Shown: piece after piece, positions 47,813-57,549 of the stretch
Layout of the letters: the number at the start of each line of letters is the position of its first letter
How positions within the stretch are numbered: the first letter of the stretch is position 1
Assembly (NCBI GenBank): GCA_041484665.1
Contig: JBGPIA010000005.1
Location: 96,001-160,000, forward strand
Source of the DNA: Candidatus Krumholzibacteriia bacterium
GTDB lineage: Bacteria > Krumholzibacteriota > Krumholzibacteriia > JAJRXK01
Length of the DNA: 64,000 nucleotides
Reading direction: 5' to 3'
Translations under genes and position numbers: made by a program
Notes under the pieces: generated by a model
What the model was told of the DNA's origin: nothing
Seen by the model: the letters and a program-made list of their open reading frames with translations, nothing else
Databases searched by the model: none

Positions 47813-48690
47813 CGCGCTGCATCGCGGCTGAATCCCAACGGCCATGCACGTCCGCCGCCGACCGCCCGCGTCGCCGACCCGATCAACCAGGTCGGCCCGA
47901 GTGACTTGGCCAGCCGAACTGACGCGACCAATCCCACCGGCCCGACCAGCCCGACCGCCTAGGCCGTTCGCAGTCGCGCGGCGGAAGCGATGCTGTCGAC
48001 CCGCCTCCATGATCGGGATCGGCGCTTCGAACTGCGCCGCGCCAACCACAACCGCTTCTGGAGGTCCCCGATCATCGCTTGACCTCATTCTACGCCCAGC
48101 TCTGCGCGAGCTGGCGACGCAGAGCGCGCGCTGACGCTGCCGAGCGCGAGCTGCCCTGACCGGCGCCCGCCGGCACCGAAGACAAGGCAGCCGCCATGCC
48201 GAAGGTCCGACCGCGCGCGCCGCGGCGTCAGCGCTTGTGATTTCATCAGTTACACAAGGATGCTCCGCGCAAGTTGTCGCGCACTGTTGACAGCGGTGCC
48301 CAGCTGGTCGGGCACCCTTGGCGTGCGGCGACTGCAAGCGTGCTTGTCGCAGGAACTTGAGCATGTGTAATGATCTCAGGACACTTCCCGGGAATCAGGA
48401 CACATTCCGGTGCTCGAGATTGAGACGCGCGCCTGTCGGCGCTCTCGACCGAGCGCGCGCCGCGTGCGCCGCTGGGCATCCGCCGACGCTGCGCGAGCGC
48501 GCAGATCCGAACTCCGGGGTGCGCCCCATGGGCACCGGCAGCGCTGCGGGGGACCGCTCGACGCTGTGACGGCTCCTCGGATGGCTGCCCAACGGCTCCT
48601 TGCACGGCGGCCGAAGGGCCGCTCGGACGGCTGCAAGCGCGCAGCGGGACAATGCTGCTACACTGAACGCCCACCCTCGAGGAGGTCGTC

Positions 48691-49668
48691 ATGGCGCTTG
48701 TGAAGCTCCTGATGTTGGCGCTCGTTGGGCTTTGCACCGTCGATCTCGCGGCGGCAGCACAGCCGCCTACGAATGAGGAGCTGGCCCGGCCCTTTGCCTA
48801 CGACGCGACGCAGCCGCCCCAGGCCAAGCTGACGCCGCTCTTCGAGCGCGACGGCGTGACTGCCTACGATCTGCAGTACCCGAGCCCCAAGGGAGGGACG
48901 GTCACCGGCTACCTGGTCGTGCCTGCGGGCAAGGGCCCGTTCGCGGGACTGCTGTTCGGTCATTGGGGCCCCGGCAACCGCACCGAGTTCCTGCCGGAGG
49001 CCATGTTGTACGCGGCGGCCGGCGCGGTCGGCGTGATGATCGACTACCCCTGGGTGCGGCCGGCGCCCTGGCGCGTCCCGCAGGGGCGCGGCTTGGCCGA
49101 GGCCGAGAAGGACCGCGATTCGTGGATTGCGGCGGTGGTCGACCTGAGGTGCGCTCTCGACTTGCTGTGCGCGCGGCGAGATGTCGATACGCGGCGTATC
49201 GGCTACGTAGGGCACAGCTACGGTGCGCAGTGGGGGGCGATCCTCACCGCAGTCGATCGCCGCATTAAGGCCGCGGTGCTCGTGGGCGGCGTGCCCAGCG
49301 TCGAGGCGCTCTTCGACGCGAGCGCTGATCCGAACTTCATCGCGCTGCGTCAGGCGACTCCAAAAGAGGAGCTCGATCACTACCTCGAGCTCAATCGGCC
49401 CTTCGACGGGATCCGCTATGTACCGTACGCCGCGCCGGCGCCGTTGTTCTTCCAGTTCGCCTGCTACGAGCAGGGCTTCAGCGAGGCCGCCATGAAGGGC
49501 TACTTCGAGGTCGCGAGCGAGCCCAAGCTGGTCCGCTGGTACGAGACAGCCCACGACCTGAACGACCTGCAGACGCTGGGCGACCGTGCCACCTGGCTGC
49601 AGCAGAAGCTGCGCTTGCGGCCCGTCCAGCCGATCCTGCGCCAGCGGCTCGAGTCGGATCTGAAGTAA
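48691..49668 (+). CDS. secreted alpha/beta hydrolase (acetyl-xylan-esterase / dienelactone-hydrolase-like)
   Basis: Signal peptide; RIGYVGHSYG nucleophile elbow; C-terminal His (WYETAHDLN); GGAGG RBS; TGCTACACT extended -10 at 48656-48664. Confidence 0.85.
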   Translation: MALVKLLMLALVGLCTVDLAAAAQPPTNEELARPFAYDATQPPQAKLTPLFERDGVTAYDLQYPSPKGGTVTGYLVVPAGKGPFAGLLFGHWGPGNRTEFLPEAMLYAAAGAVGVMIDYPWVRPAPWRVPQGRGLAEAEKDRDSWIAAVVDLRCALDLLCARRDVDTRRIGYVGHSYGAQWGAILTAVDRRIKAAVLVGGVPSVEALFDASADPNFIALRQATPKEELDHYLELNRPFDGIRYVPYAAPAPLFFQFACYEQGFSEAAMKGYFEVASEPKLVRWYETAHDLNDLQTLGDRATWLQQKLRLRPVQPILRQRLESDLK

Positions 49669-49796
49669 GCGCGCGGTCGAGCCAGAGAAGCTGGGGGTGC
49701 GCTTCTGCGCGCTTCGCGCGCGAGATGTGGCCGGGCGCCCGCCTCCGTGCGGGACAAACTGGCGCTTGGCCCATGTTCGCATGTTCTAAAAATCGA

Positions 49797-50042
49797 TGCA
49801 CGGGGACGTACGCATCCGAGGTCGGATTCAGCGTGACAGTCGCGGTGGATGCCGCCGGCATTCTCACGGCATCCACGCCGGAGCTGCCGAGCGTCGCCCT
49901 CGCGCCCGCGGGCAGCGCGGTATTCAAGGCGGTCACGGGGGACGACATGACGCTCGAGTTCGGCGGTGCCGCCGGGACGAACTTCAGCGAGCTCACCATC
50001 ACGAACGCCGGCAGGGTCATGCGCCTCACGCGCAAGGACTAG
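49797..50042 (+). pseudogene. probable 3' remnant of a gene (DUF3471-like serine-hydrolase C-terminal domain)
   Basis: TGTY....F.VTV....G.L......L.P....F pattern in protein-like sequence ending at TAG; no convincing start or RBS; preceded by an AT-rich junction. Confidence 0.4.
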
Positions 50043-50075
50043 CGGAGGGCAAACCAAGCACCGGCGTGCCCCACC

Positions 50076-51506
50076 TCAGCTCGCGTGTGCGCCCATGGCA
50101 CGCTTGAGTGGCTTGTTGAACATCCAGATGGCGATCCCCGCGCCGACGCCCAGCACCAGCAGCAACATGAAGAACGCCTCGCGCGGAATGCGCGTGTACA
50201 GCGCTCCGATGTAGCCCGACAGCAGGTTGCCGAAGAAGCTGGAGAGGAACCACATCCCCATCATCATCGACACGATGCGCGCCGGCGAGACCTTGCTCAC
50301 CAGCGAGAGCCCGATCGGTGACAGGTACAGCTCGCCGATCGTCAGCAGCAGCGTGGCGAACGCCGGCCAGAAGACGCTCCCCTTACCGTTGCCCACGATG
50401 CGCGCCCCGATCACCATGACGATGAACGAGATGCCCAGGATGAAACAGCCGATGGCCATCTTGGCCACGCTGCTGGGTTCCTGCTTGCGCTTGGCCTGCC
50501 AGGACCACAGGATCGTCGACAGCGGTGCGAAGATGAAGATGAACAGCGGATTGAACGACTGGAACCAGGTCGAGGGCACGTGGAACCCGCCGATGGAGGG
50601 CCAGCGCGTCTGCTCGTCGGCCCAGGTCTGCATGGTGTTGCCCTGCTGCTCGTAGACCGCCCAGAAGACGACGTTCAGCGCGCAGAGCGCCACCAGCGCC
50701 CAGACACGGCGCCACTCCTCGCTGGTGAGCTTCTGCGCCGCTGTAGCCGCCGCGGTCCCCGCGTTTCTGCTGCGCGTCAGCGTATCCGGCGCGAGGTGCT
50801 TGCGGCCCAGCGCTTGGACCACCAGACCCAGGCACATGCCCACGCCCGCTGCGAAGAACCCCCAACGCCAGCCGTGCAGGGCGGCCAGCGTGCCGCAGAT
50901 CAGGTTGCAGATGAAGGCGCCCAGGTTGATGCCCATGTAGAAGATCGTGAAGGCCCCGTCGCGCCGTGGATCCCCCGGCGGGTAGAGGCTGCCGACCTGT
51001 GTGGAGATGTTGGGTTTGAAGAACCCATTGCCGCAGACCAGCACCAGCAGGCCGATGAAGAAGAGGTTCTCGGCGCCGAACAGCAGGAACTGCCCCAGCG
51101 CCATGAGGATGCCGCCGATGTACACCGCCTTGCGCTGCCCAAGGTAGCGGTCGGCGAGGATCCCGCCGAAGAGCGGCGTCAGGTAGACCAGGCCCGTGTA
51201 CCAGCCGTAGACCACCGACGCCTGCGCCTGCACGCCGGTGGGCAGCAGCCCCTGGATGGCGTTCCAGCCCGCGACCGAGCCGGGATTGCCCGTGCCGTTG
51301 AACGCTCCGCCCTGCAGCACCTGGCGCGTGGCGACGAACAGATAGTTCACCATGTACAGCTTCAGCAGACCCCGCATGCCGTAGTAGGAGAAGCGCTCCC
51401 ACATCTCGGTGAAGAACAGGACGAAGAGGCCCACGGGGTGCCCGAGGAGCTGCTTGCGCGTCGGCGGTCCGACCCAGGCAGGCTCGGGCGCGATTGCGGT
51501 CGTCAT
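50076..51506 (-). CDS. proton-dependent oligopeptide transporter (POT/PTR family)
   Basis: GHP.GL, FFTEMWERFSYYGMR (ExxERFxYY), GNGFFKPNIS, FTIFYMGINLG, FQSFNP, GELYLSPIGLS. Confidence 0.95.
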   Translation of the reverse strand: MTTAIAPEPAWVGPPTRKQLLGHPVGLFVLFFTEMWERFSYYGMRGLLKLYMVNYLFVATRQVLQGGAFNGTGNPGSVAGWNAIQGLLPTGVQAQASVVYGWYTGLVYLTPLFGGILADRYLGQRKAVYIGGILMALGQFLLFGAENLFFIGLLVLVCGNGFFKPNISTQVGSLYPPGDPRRDGAFTIFYMGINLGAFICNLICGTLAALHGWRWGFFAAGVGMCLGLVVQALGRKHLAPDTLTRSRNAGTAAATAAQKLTSEEWRRVWALVALCALNVVFWAVYEQQGNTMQTWADEQTRWPSIGGFHVPSTWFQSFNPLFIFIFAPLSTILWSWQAKRKQEPSSVAKMAIGCFILGISFIVMVIGARIVGNGKGSVFWPAFATLLLTIGELYLSPIGLSLVSKVSPARIVSMMMGMWFLSSFFGNLLSGYIGALYTRIPREAFFMLLLVLGVGAGIAIWMFNKPLKRAMGAHAS

Positions 51507-51753
51507 GGGTATGGCTCGCTCCAGGAAGTGGTAGGGTTGCTGGCGCGGACAGTTTGGGGGCTCGACGACGCGCGGGGCCGCGACGAGGGGGGTCGGGGCT
51601 GCCGTCGCGTGGGGTTGCGCTGGCCGACCGGGCGGCTGCCCACGGTCGCAGTCACGATAGTCGGTCGCGCGCGCGTCTGGAAGGGGTCTTTCTGTGGACC
51701 TACGGGCCCCCCGATGCGTCGTCGATCCCCGAGGCACCCCATCCAGCGGCTCG

Positions 51754-53655
51754 TCAGCGCAGCGGATTCTCCAGGACGATCTGGCGGACCCACAGCCCGC
51801 GCACACTGGTCTCGCGTCCGGCCAGCGCGCGGAAGCGGTCGAACGCGCGCGAACGTGGAGCCGGCTCTGCGGTGCTCGCCGGCAGCTCTGCGAGCCCCCC
51901 GGTGCCGCGCAGCCTCTCCACCGATGCCGTACCGACTGCGGCATACTCGATCGGTCTGTCCGGCGCGGGTGCTGGCAGCCGGCCGAGGTCGGCCTCCAGC
52001 TCGGGCACCGGCTCGGGGCTCACCACCAGCAGGAAGTACTCGCGGCCACCACGGCTCGTCACGGTCCAGGCCTGCTCATGGCCGGCGATCGTTCCCGGCA
52101 GCACGAACGTCGAATCGGCGGGCAGTGGGTTGTGCATATCGAACCGCGGCTGAGGGAAGAGCAGGAACCGCTCGCCGCGGTCGTCTTCGTTGAGCACGTA
52201 CACCCACGCTGCGCGCGTCGCGCGCACCTCGAGTGAGAGGCGGTCTCCCGGGGAGACCCGGTCCCCCGTCACCAGCCGGAGCGCCGCGCCGGCGTCGCGG
52301 CGCAGGAATGAGGCCTCGGCCGCATAGGTCCCCTCTGCGGCAGCCGGCCCGCCGGCCGCACCGGCCGTGGCCGGCGTGGCAGACGCAACCGGAAATGCGG
52401 CTCTACCCTGCGGGGCAGTTCCACCCGGCGCCGCGTCCCCGCCAGGCGCGTTGGCTGCACCTGGTGAGGTGGCCGGAACGCTTCCGCCGACGTGCGTATC
52501 CACTGGCCCGACACGCGTCCGCCACACGCCGAAGGCCGCGAGGGTAGCGACCACCGCAACCCCCGCGAGCACCCGGGTCCGCCGCGTCGCATGCGGAACG
52601 TGCAGACGGCGCGCCGCCGGGGCAGCGGTCTGCTGCCAGCCCCGCAGCGCGTCCACGAGCAGTTGCGCGCTCACAACGCGCGACTCCGGGACCGGAGCGA
52701 TCGCCCGCTCTACGATCTCGGCGAGCGGCGCAGGCACGTCGGGACGGACCTGGAGCAGCCCGGGCGCGGGACCGCCAGCGGCGGCGGCGCGCAGCTCGGA
52801 GAACGTGCTGGCCACGAACGGATGCCGCCCCGCGAGCGCGAACCACAGCAAGAGGCCCAGCGAGTAGACGTCCGATCGCACGTTCGGGGGCGCCCCCACC
52901 AGCAGCTCGGGCGCCATGTACATCGGCGTGCCCGAGGGCCAGGTCGCTTGCGCCGCGGCGTCGTCCCAGCGCACCCCCAGGCCGAAGTCGGTGAGCACGT
53001 AGCGGCCTTCGGCGTCGCGTACGACGTTGGCGGGCTTAACGTCGCGATGGAGCAGCCCCGCCGTGTGCACCGCGGCCAGCGCCGCGCCGATCTCGACACC
53101 CAGGCGCACTGCCTCGCTCGCAGGCAGCGGCCCGCGGCTGCGCACCTCCCGCTCCAGCGTGGTGCCACGCACGAGCTCCATCCACAGCCCCACGCGGCCG
53201 TCGTGGCGGTCGATCCCGAGGATCGCGACGACGTGGGGATGGCGGATGCGGGCCGCCGCGCGCCCCTCCTCGAGCAACGGGGAATCGCCGGTGTCCGCGG
53301 ACCCACCGCGCGCGTCCGGACGGATCAGCTTCAGCGCGACCTCTCGCAGAAGCTTGGGATCCCAGGCGCGGTAGACGTCTGCGTGGGCGCCCACCCCGAT
53401 GCGCTCGAGCAGCAGGAGCTCGCCCCAGCGCTGGGGCATGCTGCCCGTTTCGCGGCCGCCCGCCCGTGCGATCTCCGACTCGCTGCCGCGCTGGAGGTTG
53501 CGGCTGAAGTCGGCGATGCGGGAAACGTCGCGCAGATTCTCCACCCGGGGCCGCTGCGATGGAGTCGCTCCGCGTACGGCTGAGTCCCAGTCCACGGGCG
53601 TCCCGTCCGCCACGGGCCCCAGGAATTCGTCGAGCGGATCTCGCTCAGCGGGCAT
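51754..53655 (-). CDS. membrane Ser/Thr protein kinase with C-terminal DUF4384-like domain
   Basis: VALK, HRDVKPAN, DFG, GTPMYMAPE, SDVYSLG; TM segment; GDRLSLE....WVYVLNED..G...LLFP. Confidence 0.9.
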   Translation of the reverse strand: MPAERDPLDEFLGPVADGTPVDWDSAVRGATPSQRPRVENLRDVSRIADFSRNLQRGSESEIARAGGRETGSMPQRWGELLLLERIGVGAHADVYRAWDPKLLREVALKLIRPDARGGSADTGDSPLLEEGRAAARIRHPHVVAILGIDRHDGRVGLWMELVRGTTLEREVRSRGPLPASEAVRLGVEIGAALAAVHTAGLLHRDVKPANVVRDAEGRYVLTDFGLGVRWDDAAAQATWPSGTPMYMAPELLVGAPPNVRSDVYSLGLLLWFALAGRHPFVASTFSELRAAAAGGPAPGLLQVRPDVPAPLAEIVERAIAPVPESRVVSAQLLVDALRGWQQTAAPAARRLHVPHATRRTRVLAGVAVVATLAAFGVWRTRVGPVDTHVGGSVPATSPGAANAPGGDAAPGGTAPQGRAAFPVASATPATAGAAGGPAAAEGTYAAEASFLRRDAGAALRLVTGDRVSPGDRLSLEVRATRAAWVYVLNEDDRGERFLLFPQPRFDMHNPLPADSTFVLPGTIAGHEQAWTVTSRGGREYFLLVVSPEPVPELEADLGRLPAPAPDRPIEYAAVGTASVERLRGTGGLAELPASTAEPAPRSRAFDRFRALAGRETSVRGLWVRQIVLENPLR

Positions 53656-54256
53656 GGCCCATCGCCTCCGCCAGGCGCCCGAGCGCCCTCTGCACCGCCA
53701 TACGGGCCGCGTCCCGGCTCGGCCGCCCGGTCATCGCTGCGATCTCCTCGTACTCGAAGGCCAGCTCGATTCGTAGGTGCAACAATTCCCCGTCCTCCTC
53801 GTCCAGCTGCGCGAGCCCGCGCTCGAAGCGCTGCAGCACGTCAGCACCGATGGCGTCCTCTAACGGCGAGGGTGCGGGGTCGTGCAGGTCCTCCGGCACG
53901 GCAGCGGACCCATGCCGTCGGGCCGCCCAGCGCACCTGATCTAGAATACGGTTGAGCACGGCCTGGCGAACATACGCCTGGAAGCCCCCGGGACCCCGGA
54001 CCTCGACGCGGTCCAGCCCCTCCAGGGTCCGCAGCAGCGTATCCTGCACCAGGTCGGCCGTATCCAGCAGGGAGCGGGCGAAGACAGGCAGCCGGCCGCT
54101 CGCCCATCGCTGTAGGCGAGGCAGATAGCGGGCCAAAAGCTGCTCGCGGGCGCGCGCGTCGCCCCCCTTGGCAAGCAGCAGCAGATCGCTCGTCGCGACG
54201 AGGGGAGCAGCCCGGTCTGAGCCCGGGGCGTTCCAGGGGGGCGGGTGCGCCGACAA
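53645..54256 (-). CDS. ECF sigma-70 factor, kinase-associated type
   Basis: Region 2 (GD..A.E.L..RY, DTADLVQD, YVRQAVLNRI.D) and region 4 (YEEIA..TGR....ARMAVQRAL.RL); 11-nt overlap with the kinase gene. Confidence 0.9.
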   Translation of the reverse strand: MSAHPPPWNAPGSDRAAPLVATSDLLLLAKGGDARAREQLLARYLPRLQRWASGRLPVFARSLLDTADLVQDTLLRTLEGLDRVEVRGPGGFQAYVRQAVLNRILDQVRWAARRHGSAAVPEDLHDPAPSPLEDAIGADVLQRFERGLAQLDEEDGELLHLRIELAFEYEEIAAMTGRPSRDAARMAVQRALGRLAEAMGHAR

Positions 54257-54442
54257 CAGCGGAGACCTCCAGGTGCCGGAAGCCGAATCGACGCCCCACG
54301 GGCGCCGAGGGGACCCGCGCCGGGCGAGGCTTCTATCATACGCGCACCGGCGATACCGGAAGAAGGCCGCCGGTCGCGCCAGGGTGCTTGGACACTCGGG
54401 CCCGGGAAGAGCGGACGCACCGCGCCGAAGGCGGTGGCGCGC

Positions 54443-55201
54443 TCAGCGCAGCGGCTTCACCTGCGCTCCCGCCGCCTCGAGCCGCGCGCGGACCGCGCGC
54501 GCGATCGCGGGCGAGCCGGGGGTGTCCCCGTGGATGCAGATGGTGTCCGCACGGACCGCGACGGGCGTGCCATTCCAGGCCACCACCCCGCGCCCCGTCA
54601 CGATCCCCAGCGCCTGTTCGGCCGCCTGCGCCGGCTCCGTCACCAGCGCGTCCGGATGGTCACGCCCGCGCAGTCCGCCGTCGGGCTCGTAACGCCGGTC
54701 GGCGAAGGCCTCCGCAGCCACGCGCAGGCCCATCGCTTCCCAGCTGCGGAGCATGGGCGAGCCCGCCAGGCCCACCAGGATGAGCTCCTGGCTCCACCGC
54801 GCGACCGCCCGCGCGATCGCTTCGGCAACGGCATTGTCGCGGCCAGCGGCGTGGTAGAGGGCGCCATGGGGCTTTACGTGGACGAGACTTGCCCCCAGCC
54901 GCGACGCCACCTCTGCGAGCGAGCGGATCTGGGTGAGCACGAATGTCTCGATCTCGGCAGGGCTCACGCGCAGCTCCCGGCGGCCGAAGCCCTCCTGATC
55001 CGGATAGCCGGGGTGTGCACCGACGGCAACCCCGTGCCGCAGCGCGGAGCGGATCGTGTGCTCCATGGTGGACTCATCGCCGGCGTGCCCACCGCAGGCC
55101 ACGTTTGCCGAGGAGACGCATGCCATCAGCGCGTCCTGCGTGCCGTCGCGGATGGCCTCCGGCCGCTCTCCCACGTCGCAATTGAGATCGATGATGGGCA
55201 T
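54443..55201 (-). CDS. pxpA: 5-oxoprolinase subunit A (LamB/YcsF)
   Basis: IDLNCDVGE, SANVACGGHAGD, GAHPGYPD..GFGRR, HVKPHGALY, EAFADRRY, TICIHGD. Confidence 0.95.
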   Translation of the reverse strand: MPIIDLNCDVGERPEAIRDGTQDALMACVSSANVACGGHAGDESTMEHTIRSALRHGVAVGAHPGYPDQEGFGRRELRVSPAEIETFVLTQIRSLAEVASRLGASLVHVKPHGALYHAAGRDNAVAEAIARAVARWSQELILVGLAGSPMLRSWEAMGLRVAAEAFADRRYEPDGGLRGRDHPDALVTEPAQAAEQALGIVTGRGVVAWNGTPVAVRADTICIHGDTPGSPAIARAVRARLEAAGAQVKPLR

Positions 55202-55318
55202 GGGATCAACTCGCCTGCGAGCAGATGATCCGGCCGCTCACGTCCGATGGAGCGATCCTGGCCCGCGCGCCGTCGCGAGCGATCAAGGCGTTCACGGCCG
55301 CCCCGCGGAGGTGACGAC

Positions 55319-56581
55319 TCACGACAATACCTCGCCCCGCGTCTCGGGCAGCAGGAGCATGCACACTGCGCCGAGCAGATAGAAGAGGGATGTCACTGCC
55401 AACGCACTGCCGATACCGAACCGGTCGGCCAGGGCCCCGATCAGCAGCGGGGAGCCAGCGCTCGCAGCGCGGCCGATGTTGTAACAGAACCCCTGCGCGG
55501 TGGCGCGGATCGCCGAGGGGAACAGCTCCGCCAGCAAGGCGCCGAACACGCTGAAGTAGCCGTGCCCGAGGAAGCCGACCAGGGGGCCCAGGATCAGGAG
55601 CGTCGTCTGGCTCCGCGCGCAGAGACCGTACACGGGCACGAGGATCGCGGCCCCGAGCACGAAGGCGAGGAAGACCTTTCGGCGGCCGAACCGGTCGGCC
55701 AGCACTCCAAACAGCGTGTAGCCCAGGAACGCTCCCGCCTGCATCACGATGATCCAGGTCGACGAGCGGACCACCCCCAGCCCGGCGCCGCCGCCCTCGA
55801 CAGGGGACGCCAGGTAGGTGGGAATCCAGGTGAAGAGTCCCCAGTACGCGCAGAGCAGGGCGGTCCCCATGGCGGTGGCCGCCAGCGTCCTGGCGAGCAG
55901 CGGCGGACGGAAGATCGCTGCGGGTGACAGGCGATCGCGTCCGGCGGCCGCGCCTGCGGTCCCCACCGCAGTGCGCTGGCGCGCCCAGATCTCGGGCTCG
56001 GGAACGCTCCTTCGCACCCAGGCCGCGAACAGCGCTGGGAGCACGCCGATCAAAAAAAGCGGCCGCCACCCGTATCGCGGGAGGACCGCCGCGGCAAGTC
56101 CCGCCGCCAGCATGTACCCGATCGCCCAACCCGATTGCATCAGGCCGATGGCCTTGCCCCGGTGCTGCGGCGGCCACGTTTCGGCCACCAACACCGAGCC
56201 TGCGGTCCACTCGGCTCCCAGCCCGATTCCCACGAGCGCGCGCCACAGGATCAGCGCCCCCAACCCGCGCGCGGTGGCGGTTGCCGCCGTGAACACCGAG
56301 TAGACAAGGACGGCAATGACGAGCATCCGGCTGCGGCCGAAACGGTCCGCCAGGACGCCGGCGGCCGCCCCACCCAAGGCCGAGGCGAGCAGGGTAACCG
56401 ACGCGAGAGCGCCCGCGGTCGCGGAGCTTAGCGAGAACTCGGACCGGATCGCGGTCAGCGCGAAGGCGTACAGCATCACGTCCATTGCATCGAGCATCCA
56501 GCCGACCTGGGCCGCGAGCAGCGTCTTCCACTGGAGCGGCGTGATCTCCCGCCTCCAGGTCCGGGGGTGCTCGGGCGTCAT
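55319..56581 (-). CDS. MFS transporter (AAHS/SHS-like) inside the pxp operon
   Basis: GWMLDAMD, ADRFGR twice, G.GLGAEW, ETWP...RG, AELFP..IRAT, LPETRG; ATGA overlap with pxpC. Confidence 0.92.
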   Translation of the reverse strand: MTPEHPRTWRREITPLQWKTLLAAQVGWMLDAMDVMLYAFALTAIRSEFSLSSATAGALASVTLLASALGGAAAGVLADRFGRSRMLVIAVLVYSVFTAATATARGLGALILWRALVGIGLGAEWTAGSVLVAETWPPQHRGKAIGLMQSGWAIGYMLAAGLAAAVLPRYGWRPLFLIGVLPALFAAWVRRSVPEPEIWARQRTAVGTAGAAAGRDRLSPAAIFRPPLLARTLAATAMGTALLCAYWGLFTWIPTYLASPVEGGGAGLGVVRSSTWIIVMQAGAFLGYTLFGVLADRFGRRKVFLAFVLGAAILVPVYGLCARSQTTLLILGPLVGFLGHGYFSVFGALLAELFPSAIRATAQGFCYNIGRAASAGSPLLIGALADRFGIGSALAVTSLFYLLGAVCMLLLPETRGEVLS

Positions 56582-57549
56582 GCCGGCTCCAGGGCGTTCG
56601 TCCAGCGTCGTTCCTGCTCGCGGAACGCCGCATGCGCCTGCGCCATGGACACGGGCTCGAACCGCACGCGATTGCGCGGACGCAGTTGGCCCAGGGCGGG
56701 TAGGTCGGCTGCGATCACGTTGGCGATCTTCGGATAGCCTCCCGTCGTCTGCTGCTCGACGAACAGAACGATGGGCTGCCCGCTCTCCGGTAGCTGGACG
56801 GCGCCCAGGCACACGCCCTCGGTGAGCATTTGCCGCGAGCCCGTCGGGATCGGCGCGGGACCCACGAGCCGCAGGCCCATACGATCGGCCTGCTCGGTGA
56901 CCTCGTAGGACGCGCGGTGGAACTCCGCGAGCGACTCAGGGGCGAACCAGTCGGCCTGGGGGCCCTCTGTCACGCGCAGAATACCTCGGAGAATGACCTC
57001 CTCGATCTCACGCGGCGCGATGCTCAGCCGGCGAAGGGGCTCGCCGGGATCGGGACCGATCTCGATCCGATCGCCTCGCCGCAGCGCCCGGCCCTGGAAT
57101 CCGCCAATCCCACTCAACAAATGCGTCGAGACGCTTCCGAGTACGCGAGGGACCTCGACCCCTCCGCGCGCGCACAGGTAGCATCGCGCACCCGAGCGCG
57201 TCGGGCCCAGACGCACGAGCTCACCCACGGCCACGCGCACCGCGGTCCACAAGGGGAGTGGGCGCATGTCGGGGCGCGGTCCTGCGCTCGTGGCCGGACC
57301 TTCGATCGTCGCTTTGAAGGCGGAGCCGGCCAGAGCGACGACCGCTGGCACGTCGGTCTCGAAGGTACCGCCGACGAGAGTCATCTCCAGGGCGCCGGCG
57401 TCCTGCGGGTTGCCGACCAGACGGTTGCCCACGCGCAGCGAGAGCGTATCGGCGGCTCCCGCCGCCGATACGCCGAGGATGCCATGGCCGAAGCGGCCCA
57501 GATCCTGGACCGTCGTCAGAAGGCCGGGCTCGATCACGCGCAGCGCCAT
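56578..57549 (-). CDS. pxpC: 5-oxoprolinase subunit C
   Basis: PGLLTTVQDLGR, N.LVGN, GARCYL, LGSVST, DRMGLRL, QTTGGYPKIA. Confidence 0.93.
   Translation of the reverse strand: MALRVIEPGLLTTVQDLGRFGHGILGVSAAGAADTLSLRVGNRLVGNPQDAGALEMTLVGGTFETDVPAVVALAGSAFKATIEGPATSAGPRPDMRPLPLWTAVRVAVGELVRLGPTRSGARCYLCARGGVEVPRVLGSVSTHLLSGIGGFQGRALRRGDRIEIGPDPGEPLRRLSIAPREIEEVILRGILRVTEGPQADWFAPESLAEFHRASYEVTEQADRMGLRLVGPAPIPTGSRQMLTEGVCLGAVQLPESGQPIVLFVEQQTTGGYPKIANVIAADLPALGQLRPRNRVRFEPVSMAQAHAAFREQERRWTNALEPA

Noticed and set aside
48234..48258. Rex or CRP box
   Set aside because: Half-site spacing fits neither TTGTGAA-N4-TTCACAA nor TGTGA-N6-TCACA.
47560..48690. tRNA, tmRNA, RNase P or SRP RNA; small ORFs such as 47528-48364 -
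   Set aside because: No T-loop/CCA, GAGGAAAGUCC or SRP domain IV match could be seen; the ORFs lack RBSs and protein-like composition.
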